From positions 35,369,024-35,389,023 of the forward strand of contig JARDVH010000137.1 in assembly GCA_030324005.1 (NCBI GenBank): a stretch of DNA of 20,000 nt, in the 5' to 3' direction. The translations under genes were made by a program, and so were the position numbers. The notes beneath the pieces are model-generated. The model was not told the origin of the DNA. It did not search any database and worked only from the letters and a program-made list of their open reading frames with translations. The DNA is from Negaprion brevirostris (taxonomy: Eukaryota). Positions 1 to 9,899 of the stretch are shown one piece after another; position 1 is the first letter of the stretch; each line of letters begins with the position of its first letter.

Positions 1-816
1 ATATAAGAAATCAGCCACACCATGCCATTTCAGCAGCACTTTGCTAAGTCTGATTGACAGCATAAAATAAATATGTAAATGTTAGTAAGCATTGCTATAA
101 ATGAAATTATTTGGAAGTACAGATAGACTCGCATCTTTTTTCCCCATCGCTTTTCTCTCTCTTTTTATCCTCCAGTATGTTACAATGCTATCTTGGCTAA
201 TCCATGCAAGGAAAATTAGAATTTAGAAGCAGGGGAAATCATGGTGGATTTTCAATATTAAAATTTTTGATTCAGAGCCCAGAAATGTCATAGTAGCCGT
301 ATGTGAAAATGTCTCAAAAGTCATCAGTAATTTCAACAACAGGAGTGAAGACTTTTTTTCTGTGAATCTATCCTTCACGGATTAGGAAGGATGAGCAGCA
401 GGATGCATTGGAGAGTTGAAGGATAAAGATGTGACAACTGGATTCAGCATGAGGGCTGTAGAGTACTGGACTGATTGAATTGGAACAGGTTGGATGATTC
501 TGAAAGCTGATCAGTCTAAAATTTGACTTTTTGNNNNNNNNNNNNNNNNNNNNNNNNNNNNNNNNNNNNNNNNNNNNNNNNNNNNNNNNNNNNNNNNNNN
601 NNNNNNNNNNNNNNNNNNNNNNNNNNNNNNNNNNNNNNNNNNNNNNNNNNNNNNNNNNNNNNNNNNNNNNNNNNNNNNNNNNNNNNNNNNNNNNNNNNNN
701 NNNNNNNNNNNNNNNNNNNNNNNNNNNNNNNNNNNNNNNNNNNNNNNNNNNNNNNNNNNNNNNNNNNNNNNNNNNNNNNNNNNNNNNNNNNNNNNNNNNN
801 NNNNNNNNNNNNNNNN

Positions 817-893
817 CCTGAGTGGCATTGTGGTTGGTGCTGACTCAATGGGCCAAATGGCCTCCTTCTACACTGTAGGGATTTTATGATTCT
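817..893 (+). mobile_element. 3' tail of HE1-like V-SINE (rest lies in N gap 534-816)
   Basis: ATGGGCCAAATGGCCTCCTTCTACACTGTAGGGATTTTATGATTCT matches the tails of the SINE copies at 3044-3276 (+) and 8352-8687 (-) in this window. Confidence 0.8.
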
Positions 894-899
894 TTATAC

Positions 900-1395
900 G
901 ATTAGGAGTTCTCCTTCCAGCAGAGTTGGATAGAGATCTTTAAACTCAAAGTGTTTAGATTGATTCACTTCCAGTGGGTGAAGGGACCACAACTAGACAC
1001 CACAAATGTACGATGACTTTCAAAGGAACAAGAAGTGACAAGACGAAAATCTTTATTATGATGTAGGAGCAGAAGTAGTCCATTCGGCCCACTGAGTCTA
1101 TTCCGCCTTTCAACAAGATCATCGCTGATCTGCTTTAATCCTCAGCTCCACTTTCCTGCCTTATTCCCACAACTCTTGATTCCCTTACTGATCATTACAC
1201 AACAAGTTGTTAGTATCTGGAATTCACTGTCTGATAGGGAACAGATTTAATGGTAACCTTCAGTAGAGAAATAGATAATTATTTGAAGAAGAAAATATTG
1301 TAAGTGTATCGAGACTCACTGGATTGCCCTTCAAAAGAGAAACACATGCTCAATGAATTGGCCTCAATCCATGCTATACCATTCTGATACTATGA
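900..1395 (+). mobile_element. Old CR1-type LINE 3' end (ORF2 C-terminus plus tail), split by an antisense insertion
   Basis: Degenerate CR1 3' motifs (GTTGTTAGTATCTGGAATTCACTG ~ VV.IWNSL; tail ending CCATTCTGATACTATGA). Interrupted at ~1059-1193. Confidence 0.6.
1059..1193 (-). mobile_element. CR1-type LINE 3' tail fragment
   Basis: TAGGAGCAGAAGTAGTCCATTCGGCCC...AAGATCATCGCTGATC...CTTGATTCCCTT resembles 5984-6120 and 12178-12300. Confidence 0.75.
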
Positions 1396-1869
1396 ATGCC
1401 TATTGCAACACTGCAAGTACTGATAGATACAATATTTATTAAGCTACAGTCAAGTCTTTAGATGGATCAAAAAGATTAATTTCCCATTCTTCAGTCTATT
1501 TTAAAACTGATTAAAGTCAGTACTTTCTATATACATGTTGTAAAAATGTTTGAGTCTATGTATATATTAACTCTGGGGAGATCTTGGCTCATTTCGTTAA
1601 TTGACCTAATGACTGGCAGTCAGGTTGCTAAGCAAGTGTTTATCATGTCTAATGGTGCTGCCAAGTTAACTGGTGGAGTAGGAACCTTTATCAGATTTCC
1701 AACAAGGATGATTTTGTAGTTTCTTGTGCCATAATGATCTTGTGGTTCAAATAATCTTACATGGAAAATCCAATTTTTTCTTATTTAATCTGTAAAGTAC
1801 AAACGTTGCGTTGACTTCCAAAGTCAAGTTTAAAGAATTTCACTTCTCCCACTGTCTTGTGCTGCAATG

Positions 1870-2640
1870 AATGGCTCCATACAGGTGCCAGGCAATGACC
1901 ATTTTCTACAGAAAGAATCAAAGCATTTTCTCTATGTGTTCAATGGCACTAGCATCACTGAGTCCCCAACCACCATCCATAGTGTTGCTATGGACCAGAA
2001 ACCGAACTAAACTTGCCATCTTGTGGCTACAAGAGCAGGTCAGGGTCTGGGAATTTAGCGGTGAATAATTCACCACCTGACTCCTCACAGCCTGTTCACA
2101 AGGCACAAGTCAGGCGGGTGAATACTCGCCACTTGCCTGGGTCAGTGCAACCCAACAACACTCAAAACTTTCAACACCATCCAGGACAACACAGACCATT
2201 TGAATGGCATCCCATTCACCTTGATAAGAATTCACTCCCTCCATCACCAGCATACAGTGTTAGTAGTGTGAGCCATCTACAACATGCACTGTAGCAACTC
2301 ATTGAGACTTCTATTACAACACCTTCTAAATCTGTGACTTTTACCATCTAGAAGAACAAGGGTAGCAGAGGCACGGGAGAACCGCCACCTGAAAGTTCCC
2401 TCCAAATCACCCACCACCCTGACATGGAACTATATTGCCATTCATTCATTGTCACTGGATCAAAATCCTGGAACTCCCTTCCTAATATCATTGTGGGTGT
2501 ACTTACAGCACATGGACTACAGCAGTTTAAGAAGGCAACTCACCATTCATTATCTTTCACAAGGGCATTGGGGATGGATGGGCAATCAATTCTTGACTTG
2601 TTATCAATGCTAACATGTCATGGACAAATGAGAAAAAATA
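1870..2640 (+). mobile_element. 5'-truncated non-LTR retrotransposon (CR1/L2-group LINE), RT C-terminal region and 3' UTR
   Basis: Frameshifted motifs ('CQAMTI', 'HKAQVR', 'FIVTGSKSWNSLP') typical of LINE ORF2 C-termini; ends in an A-rich tail (GAGAAAAAATA). Confidence 0.8.
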
Positions 2641-3043
2641 CAACATAACTGAAAGCAGGTAATCTGATCATTTAGTCAGGATAACGGTCCTTGCCTTACC
2701 TTATTATACTTTGACCCATTTATTGCCTTTTGATATAATCAATTAATTTCCTGTAGCTATACAGGGGAGACATTCAATGCACAGACAGCATTGTTCATAC
2801 CAATTTCACTTTACTTCGACGACAGTATTTATGCGTCATGCCAGATGTTGAGTTTACATTCTTGATAAAATGATATTTGAAATGCTACTGTAATTAGAAG
2901 GAGTACCTTAGATGCCAAATTGGACTTGTTCAATTACTTTGTTTACAAAGAGAACATTAGTTAGTTAACTCTCCAATGACAATTTGGCAAGTACAGATTT
3001 TAAAACAATCCTTAATTAATCACCAAGCTTTGTATTCTTTCTG

Positions 3044-3276
3044 TCCTTGGGTCACTGTCTATGTGGAGGTTGCACATTCTCCCTGTATCTGTGTGGGTTT
3101 CCTCTCGCAGTCCAAAGATGGGCAGGTTAGATGGATTGGTCATGCTAAATTGTCGTCCAGTATCCCAAGATGTGTCGGTTAGGGGAGAGAGCCTGGGTAA
3201 GGTGGTTGGCAGAAAGTCGGTGCAGACTTAATCAGCCAAATTACCCTCTTCTGCACTGTAGGGATTCTATGATTCC
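3044..3276 (+). mobile_element. HE1-like V-SINE, 5'-truncated
   Basis: V-domain-like TGTGGAGGTTGCACATTCTCCC...GTGGGTTTCCTC...CAGTCCAAAGATG; tail CTTCTGCACTGTAGGGATTCTATGATTC. Confidence 0.88.
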
Positions 3277-3284
3277 ATGAATAC

Positions 3285-3372
3285 AGTGGGAATTCTCCAG
3301 CTGTTCACGCCCTGCTGACTCTCCCGCCGAGAGCGGAAAACTTACCGCAGTCAAGGCTGGCGAATTCAGCCC
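3285..3372. mobile_element. Short degenerate MITE-like element
   Basis: Imperfect terminal inverted repeats (GGGAATTCTCC ... GGCGAATTCAGCCC). The 5' part TCTCCAGCTGTTCACGCC resembles the start of the MITE at 18634 (TTTCCAGCTGTTCATACC). Confidence 0.5.
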
Positions 3373-3479
3373 AACATCTGTGAACAACCTGATTTCAACA
3401 TGACAAAAGTCAGCGAAGAATGGGATTGGTAGCAAACGGATGAGATTTTGGCAGGAGCTGATGACTTTAAAGTTAAAAA

Positions 3480-3776
3480 TGTATTTATTTTTCACAAGTA
3501 AGCTTACATTAACACTGCAATGAAATTACTGTGAAAATCCCTTAGTTGTCACATTCCAGCACCTGTTCGGGTACACTGAGGGAGAAATTAGCATAGTCAA
3601 TGAGCCTAACCAACACGTCTTTGGACTGTGGGAGGAAACCGGAGCACCCAGAGGAAACCCAAACAGACATGGGGAGAATGTGCTAACTCCACACAGACAG
3701 TAACCCAAGCCAGGAATTGAACCCAGTTCCCTGGCACTGTAGGCAGTAGTGCTAACCACCCTGCCACCATGCTGAC
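3480..3776 (-). mobile_element. Full-length tRNA-derived V-SINE with a non-HE1 3' tail
   Basis: On -: A box (GGTGGCAGGGTGGTTAGC), B box (GGTTCAATTCC, 3712-3722), V-domain, then tail ...GATTTTCACAGTAATTTCATTGCAGTGTTAATGTAAGCTTACTTGTGAAAAATAAA. Second copy at 19803-20000. Confidence 0.9.
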
Positions 3777-3819
3777 TTTAATTTTAGTTCTATAATGTTT
3801 AGCTGAAGGAAATTTTTGG

Positions 3820-4050
3820 TTCCCCCAGGACATGAGGTTGGACCAACTGTCTGAAGACAGAGATAGGGGAACAGTCAGAAGAGATAGTGGAGAAATGGAA
3901 CTGAGTGTTGTCAACAAATATATGGAAGCTGTTTCCAAGTTTGCAAATAATGTCACTCTGACGTGGCAAGGAGATGAGGAAGAAGAGTATGCCAGCGGTA
4001 GATCATTGTGCAACGCTGGTCATAACGGCAAGGAGCAGGAATGAAAGACG
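3820..4050 (+). mobile_element. Highly decayed CR1-like RT fragment
   Basis: ORF 3832-4044 contains VSKFANN, resembling the CR1 RT motif ISKFADD. Confidence 0.4.
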
Positions 4051-4290
4051 TTGATGGAGATGCTCTTGCTATCAGTGAGTGAAAACAATTAAGAAACAAG
4101 ACCCACTGAGCTCAACAGTGGGGAAAAGATGTTGAAGGTTAACTGTGCTAAAAGTAGGAAAAAAATGGGACAGAGGAGAAGGAAAAATGCNNNNNNNNNN
4201 NNNNNNNNNNNNNNNNNNNNNNNNNNNNNNNNNNNNNNNNNNNNNNNNNNNNNNNNNNNNNNNNNNNNNNNNNNNNNNNNNNNNNNNNNN

Positions 4291-4530
4291 CTCCGCCCTG
4301 CCCTCTTTCTCGGCCCTGCCCTCTCTCTCCACCCTGCCGTCTGTCTCCTCCCTGTCCTCTTTCTCCTCCCTGCCGTCTCTCTCTTCCTCGCCCTCTCTCC
4401 GCCCTGCCCTCTTTCTCCGCCCTGCCCTCTCTATCTCCTCCCTGACCTCTCTCTCCTCCCTGCCCTCCCTCCTCCCTGCCCTCTCTCTCCTCCCGGCCTT
4501 CTCTCTCCGCCCTGACCTCTCTCTATATCT
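4291..4530 (+). repeat. Polypyrimidine minisatellite (~18-bp unit, CCCTGCCCTCTCTCTCC[G/T])
   Basis: Directly visible tandem variants of CCCTG(C/A)CCTCT(C/T)TCTCC(G/T). Starts at an N gap, so the true length is unknown. Confidence 0.95.
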
Positions 4531-4815
4531 GCCACTACTGTTCGGCTGGGAGATGCAGTGTTCTGACTGTTGATGAGACATCTGCACGTTGAATGGCGTT
4601 GTTTTTGTCTGAAGGGCTGACAAGCGTGCTGCCGAGAAAGGGAAGGTCTTTGTGAATCGCCGCTCGAAACTCGAGTAAGTACCAAAGGTTTTAGCATGAG
4701 CAGCGACAGCGTGCAGATATTTCCAGAGCTGGATGAGACCCCTCCGTGTACAGACTTGCTCAAGCTGCATTTTCAAAAAAGGAATTGCAGAAGAAGTGGT
4801 GAATTTGGGAGGTAA
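4531..4815 (+). promoter_or_regulatory. CpG-rich non-repeat segment; candidate promoter/first exon with splice donors
   Basis: About 12 CpGs in 4540-4750 against a CpG-depleted background. Donor-like CGA|GTAAGT (4675-4680) and GAG|GTAAAA (4812). 39-codon ORF 4696-4815 (MSSDSVQIFPELDETPPCTDLLKLHFQKRNCRRSGEFGR). Confidence 0.4.
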
Positions 4816-6158
4816 AAACCTGTTTAAGCACTTAAGACAAAAAAAAGGACAGTGTAAATGGGATGGTAATTTACAAGGATAGTCTGGGCAGTGGGGGCGT
4901 GGGGAGCACTAAGGAGAAGATGGGAATTTTGAAAGATATCTGTGGAGAGAGAACCATGTATAATGTCTATAATATCTGGTAGCCCCCATGCACCAAGGTA
5001 CCAGGCCACTGGAGCTGGATCCCAGAATGAATGCTTATCTTTAGAAAAGTGAATAAATAGGAGACCACAAGAATATGGTAATGTGTGTTGCTTTTGACAC
5101 TAGGCTTCATAAGATAGCCTTGTTCAATTCCGTGTCCTATGGGGGTAATACTTTACTGCCAAAGCTCCAGTTAGTACTTGAATAATTAATGTTGAGAATG
5201 CACGTTAGAGAGTGCTTAAAAGGAGTTTTGTGTTACACTGGAAAATTCTGAAACAGCGCAAAAATGCAATCGCTGTTCAACTAGGGTTAAAGAACCTGAT
5301 GGTTAATGCTACAATTGTTTTCACATTTAACTGTATATGTTTAACTTAATTCTTTTCTAGCATTTAATAAGGAACCCAAATGTCTGGGTAACTTTCTGGA
5401 TAAATAAGTAGCAGAGACAAATCTGTATTGTAAACAGTGCTTTAACAAGAAACTTTATGGGTGCCTCATAGAGTTGGTAGTGGTGTAGTCTGTCTGTGGG
5501 GTCCACAGTTTATTCCACCATAAATTATGGTTAAAACATTACTATTTCAATTGCAATTGCAAAGTGAACTTTGTTTCCATGATAGAATTGCTGTCAATTG
5601 TTAGCACTGACTTGGTGTTAAGACATACAATAGCCCTTTTGAGAAAGTAAAATTAAATAGCTAAAGTGATCGCTCCTCAAATTTTTTGTCGACATGCAAT
5701 CTAGTTTTCAAGGTGGTACCCACAAAAAAGATAAATAGTAAAACAAATACAAATTTAATTACTAGAAGCAGATTCCAGATTTGCAGGTACTCGCAAAATA
5801 TGAAATTTAGTCCAGTCAATAGAATTTTCCAGTCAAAAGATTTTATTTTTAGATTTTATGACTGCAGGAGAAAGTTCATGAGCAGATGCCTCTATATAGG
5901 TTCATTGCAATGTTTTGCGCTGTGCTAATTCATTGCAACAATTTATTGTAAAGATCAGAAACATGATTTAGCCTTCCTCCTTTCATAGGAGCATAAAAAA
6001 TTGGAGGAGGAGTAGGCCATTCAGCCCTTCACCATTCATTACGATCATGATTGATCATCAATCTCAGTAGCCTGAGCCCACGTCCCCTCTTCCCCTCCCT
6101 CCAGATCCTTTGATTCCCTTTGTCCCAAGGAGTATATCTAACTCCTTCAAAATATACA

Positions 6159-6305
6159 GGCTGGAATTCTCTGATCTCGTCTGTGGCTGGAATTCTCCAG
6201 CACCACCTCCCCCCACACCTGTAAATGGAGATTTGACTGAGTGCCAAATTCTTCATTCTCACTGGCAGCAGGGGGCAAAACAAATGACATTAGAGAATTC
6301 CAGCC
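6159..6305. mobile_element. MITE (PIF/Harbinger-Tourist-like)
   Basis: Perfect 14-bp TIR GGCTGGAATTCTCT/AGAGAATTCCAGCC; 3-bp TSD ACA (6156-6158, 6306-6308); interrupts the CR1. Confidence 0.9.
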
Positions 6306-6562
6306 ACAATGTTTTGGCCTCAACTGCCTTTTATGGTACTGAATTCCACAGGCTTACCACTCTGAATGAAGAAATGTCTCCTCATCTCAGTTATAAAGGG
6401 CTATCTTAGACAATGACCACTGGTTCTGGACACCCCGACCACCAGGAACATCCTTGATGCATCTACCCTGTCTAGTCTTGTTAGAATTGCATAAGTTTTA
6501 CTGAGATTCCCCCTCATTCTTCTGAGTACATATATTCCTAACCAGCTCAATCTCTCTTTTAT

Positions 6563-6688
6563 TGCTGGAATTTTAATTTCTTGCCCACCAAAGGCTCGTA
6601 ATATTCCACCCAAGGCCAAGGGAGAATGCCATTCTGCAAACCTCACCCACCCCTATTCTAGAGCAGGTGAGGCGGTAAAATTCTGGCC
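6563..6688. mobile_element. MITE (same family as 9424-9549, opposite orientation)
   Basis: Ends TGCTGGAATTTTA / TAAAATTCTGGCC; TSD TAT (6560-6562, 6689-6691). Interior is the reverse complement of the 9424-9549 interior. Confidence 0.88.
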
Positions 6689-7729
6689 TATATGTCAGTC
6701 CTGCCATCCCAGTAATCAGTCTGGTAAACCTTCTCTGCACTCCCTCTTTGGCAAGAAAATCCTTCCTCAGACAAGGAGTTGAGTGAGTGGGCAAATACAT
6801 GGCTGATGCAGTATAAACGTGGATAACTGTGAGGTTACTCTCACTTCGGTAGCAAAAATAGGCAGACAGATTATCATTTGCACATAATATTCCAGGTGTA
6901 GTCTCACCAAGGCCCTGTTTAATTGTAGCAGGAGATCCCTGCTCCTGTACTCAAATTTTCTCACTGTGAATGCCAAAATACAATTTGCCTCCTTTACCGC
7001 CTGCTTCACCTGCATGCTTTACAAGGACATTCAGACCTCATTATAGCCATTCAGATGATAATCTGCTTTCCTGTTTTTTTGTTACCAAAATGGATAATGT
7101 TACATTTATCAACATTATACTGCATCTGTCATGCATTTACCCACTCAAGGAATATGTAACTCAGCTGTCAGAGACCCTACTCATCACTTGTGAAGGAAAT
7201 ATTAAGAGTCAGATCTTTTTCTCATCACATCGCTATGACAGAAAGGCTCTCTGTTGTGACAGAAATCATTGCAGGACAAAGTTCCACCCCAAACATGGCA
7301 TGTTCCATTTTAGCGGGGAGAAGTTTGGAGTCCGGTTGAGTTTTGCACCTATGCGATTCGCTGAGGCAGCTGGCCATTTAAATCATCAGTGACCTCCACT
7401 GATTTCCCATCTTTGCATCCCAGTTGAGAGAGTCCTGGGGTGTGCAGAGAAGACCAGGTCAGAGGGTGTCTTGTGTGTTTGTTTTGGATAGTCAGAATAC
7501 CCCCTTGGGGATGTGAGGAACCTCTGTAGAGTGATATTTCAGTTATTATTTAGTGGCCAAGAAGGACTTAAATCACACTGTCTTCTTGTGATCCAAGGGA
7601 TTGGGAGGATGGGGCTTCTTGTCTGCTAAGGTAATTCTTTTTGCCCCCTTGGCAGTTGCACCCAGGATTAAGGAAGAAATTAGTGCTTCAGGAGCGTGTA
7701 TTACTCTTTGTTCACGGGAGCGCAAGAGG

Positions 7730-9330
7730 ATGGACATGGTACCTTCTCATAGTAGCACTCAGTCCGAGTGAGCAGTGGGATCTGCAGCAGGAAGGAGGAT
7801 GAAGAGAAGGAGAACAACTGGGTTCTTCCTGTGGGGAGGGTGTACAAAACCAAATGGCATCACACCCCACTTAACTTGATGGAAAACCAGTGCCGGAGAA
7901 GACTCAATTTGAGCTGTGATGTTGTGACAGACATTTGTCACACGGTGCTGGAACCATAATCCACTGACCACCCGTCTTCCCTGTGCCGTGTCAGCGGTTG
8001 TGAAGAGAAATGTCACACTGAACCTCTATGCTTCAAGCTCCTTCCAGGACACTTGGCTGGTATTTTCCAGTCAGCTTCAGCACACAATGTATGAAAGAAA
8101 TGACTAATGCCCTGTTTGCTCATGTGGGGGGAGTGCATTCATTTCCCCATTGAGTGTGGGGCTCAGGGAGTCAAGGCTTTTCCTTCCCTCAGGTGTAGGG
8201 CATCATTGAGTGCACTGATGTTGCAGTAAAAGCCAAACTCAGCATGGATACCTTCATGAATTGCAACTCACTTCACTAAATCAATATCATTTGTGACCAC
8301 AATAAGGACTTGTTTGAAATGTAGACAAGATTTCAGGACAGCTGATATTTTATAGAATCATAGAAACCCTACAGTGCAGAAGGAGGCCATTTGGCCCATC
8401 AGCTCTGCACTGACGACAATCCCAACGAGACCCTACCCCACAATCTTATGTATTTACCCCGTTGATCCCTCTAACCTATGCATCCCAGGACACTAAGGGG
8501 CAATTTAGCATGGCCAATGTACCAAACCCATACGTCTTTGATCTGTGGGAGGAAACCAGAGCACCTGGGAGGGAACCCACGCAGACACAGGGAGAATGTG
8601 CAAACTCCACACGAACAGTGACCCAAGCCAGGAATTGAACCCTGGTCCCTGCAGCTGTGAGACAGCAGTGCTCATCACTGTGCCACCTTCACACTAAGGA
8701 ATTTCTAACTACTCAATCTATTTCAGCTTCTTGGCACATATTCGGGAACGGCTCTGAGGGAACAAGGGCTTAAGAACTTGGCTAATGATCCTATTTAGGA
8801 ACTCATTACCTGAGGCAGAGCAAAACTACAACAGCAAACATGTTGTCACCAAGAACAACACTGAGCTGGTCATTGGCATTTTAAAGATGAGATTCAGGTG
8901 CTTTGATCGTTCAGGTGAAGAGCTCCAATATTTCCTAGCAAAGGTTTCAACAATAATTATTTAAGCTTCATGCTGCTCCACACTGTGTAATGGAGTGTCC
9001 TCCAGCTATAAGGCCATGGGCCAAGTTCCAACCTCTGAGGAGGAAGATGATGAGGAAGAGGAGGAAGAAGACTATGTACATTCAAACCATTCTGAAACAG
9101 AGGAAGATGAAGAGCCTAATATGGCAGAGCAGCAGGAAGGCATGCACACGCATGTAGGGCTGGAATTGTGCACTAGGGGGTCTTTGCCAGGTGTGTTCTC
9201 ACTCAGAATAGACTTTCGCAGAGTCCTCCAAAATAAGAACTGCCATCAGACAGTCCCTGGTGACATACCTCCACAGGAAAATCCACATATCTTGACACCA
9301 CAGTCTCTCAAGGGAGTTGGAGACTGCTGA
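7730..9330 (+). pseudogene. Harbinger DDE transposase (HARBI1-like nuclease), frameshifted and SINE-interrupted
   Basis: GRVYK...LNLMENQCRRRLNLS.DVV.DIC (ORF 7768-7959); LNLYASSSFQ; GIIECTDVAVK (8199-8231, cf. GAIDCTHV); GNKG (8758-8769, cf. GDKGY); EAEQNYNSKHVVTKNN; TELVIGILKMRFRCFDRSG..LQY; acidic C-terminal tail (ORF 8995-9330). Confidence 0.9.
8352..8687 (-). mobile_element. HE1-like V-SINE inserted in the Harbinger transposase
   Basis: On -: tRNA head with B box GGTTCAATTCC, V-domain, and tail ...CCTTCTGCACTGTAGGGTTTCTATGATTCTAT. Confidence 0.92.
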
Positions 9331-9423
9331 GGGAACTGTGCACAGATGTCACTGACTCAGACCTCCTCTACATTTTGGTGTGGTGACTTGCATTCTCTGC
9401 CACCGACTTTAAATGGATAGTAT

Positions 9424-9549
9424 GGCCAAAATTTTACCGCCTCGCCCACCCCAGAATCAGGATGGGCATGACCTGCAGAATGGCATTGTCCGTTGGCCTT
9501 GGGCGGGATCTTACAAGCCTCAGGTGGGTGAGGCGGTAAAATTCTGGCA
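9424..9549. mobile_element. MITE with ~27-bp TIRs
   Basis: GGCCAAAATTTTACCGCCTCGCCCACC ... GGTGGGTGAGGCGGTAAAATTCTGGCA; flanks TAT/TAC (imperfect 3-bp TSD). Confidence 0.9.
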
Positions 9550-9899
9550 TACATCTCTCCAATGTGCCTGTATCTGAGTTGGCGGAGTGAGGGTTAGTAA
9601 AATATGGTGTTGCATCCTCATTCTCCTCTTGATGCCCAATGGATGATATGGATCAGGGGATGTGGGGTTGGAAGAGTAAGCAGAACTAAGACTAGCGTGA
9701 AGCACAAAATGACATATTGAGGTATAGCCCTTCACACTGCGATTACATTATCTGATGCACACCATTGCCTTAACCATGTTCACACTATCCACATGGACTC
9801 AATCCCACCATTGCACTGCCAACGTTCTAATGTGCTCAGTGAAGTGACAACATGACCCCCATCATTACCACCATGTGCCAAGGCAACCTCCACACCTCC

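Larger units (their letters stand above)
5984..7147 (-). mobile_element. CR1 LINE 3' portion (ORF2 C-terminus plus tail), disrupted by two MITEs and an inverted segment
   Basis: Minus-strand ORF pieces VKEANCILAF..FEYRSRDLLLQLNRALVRLHLEYYVQ, EGVQRRFTRLITGMAGLTY and RRMRGNLSKTYAILTRLDRVD...SRTSGH are classic CR1 ORF2 C-terminal motifs. Confidence 0.92.

Noticed and set aside
511..848. Four ORFs of 96-110 aa
   Set aside because: Artefacts of the N gap 534-816. ORFs crossing the gaps at 4191-4290, 11506-11515, 12046-12145 and 13273-13343 are similarly inflated.
3700..3776. tRNA gene (also 8620-8687 and 10970-11012)
   Set aside because: The A/B boxes belong to SINE heads continuous with SINE bodies; no full cloverleaf.
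4567..4623. Box C/D-like TGATGA...CTGA (snoRNA candidate)
   Set aside because: Only ~55 nt long, minimal terminal stem, non-purine before box C, and no recognisable rRNA guide.
4612..4685. Hammerhead-like CTGACAA...CGAAAC-TCGA-GTA
   Set aside because: The core has A instead of G8, stem II does not close properly, and no stem I pairing is present.
4072..4776. 234-aa R/E/G-rich ORF and overlapping L/P/S-rich ORFs
   Set aside because: Open only because of the stop-free pyrimidine repeat and a 100-N gap; no domain recognisable.
8995..9330. Acidic 111-aa ORF as an independent gene
   Set aside because: It directly follows the transposase C-terminal motifs and is best explained as the acidic tail of the Harbinger nuclease.
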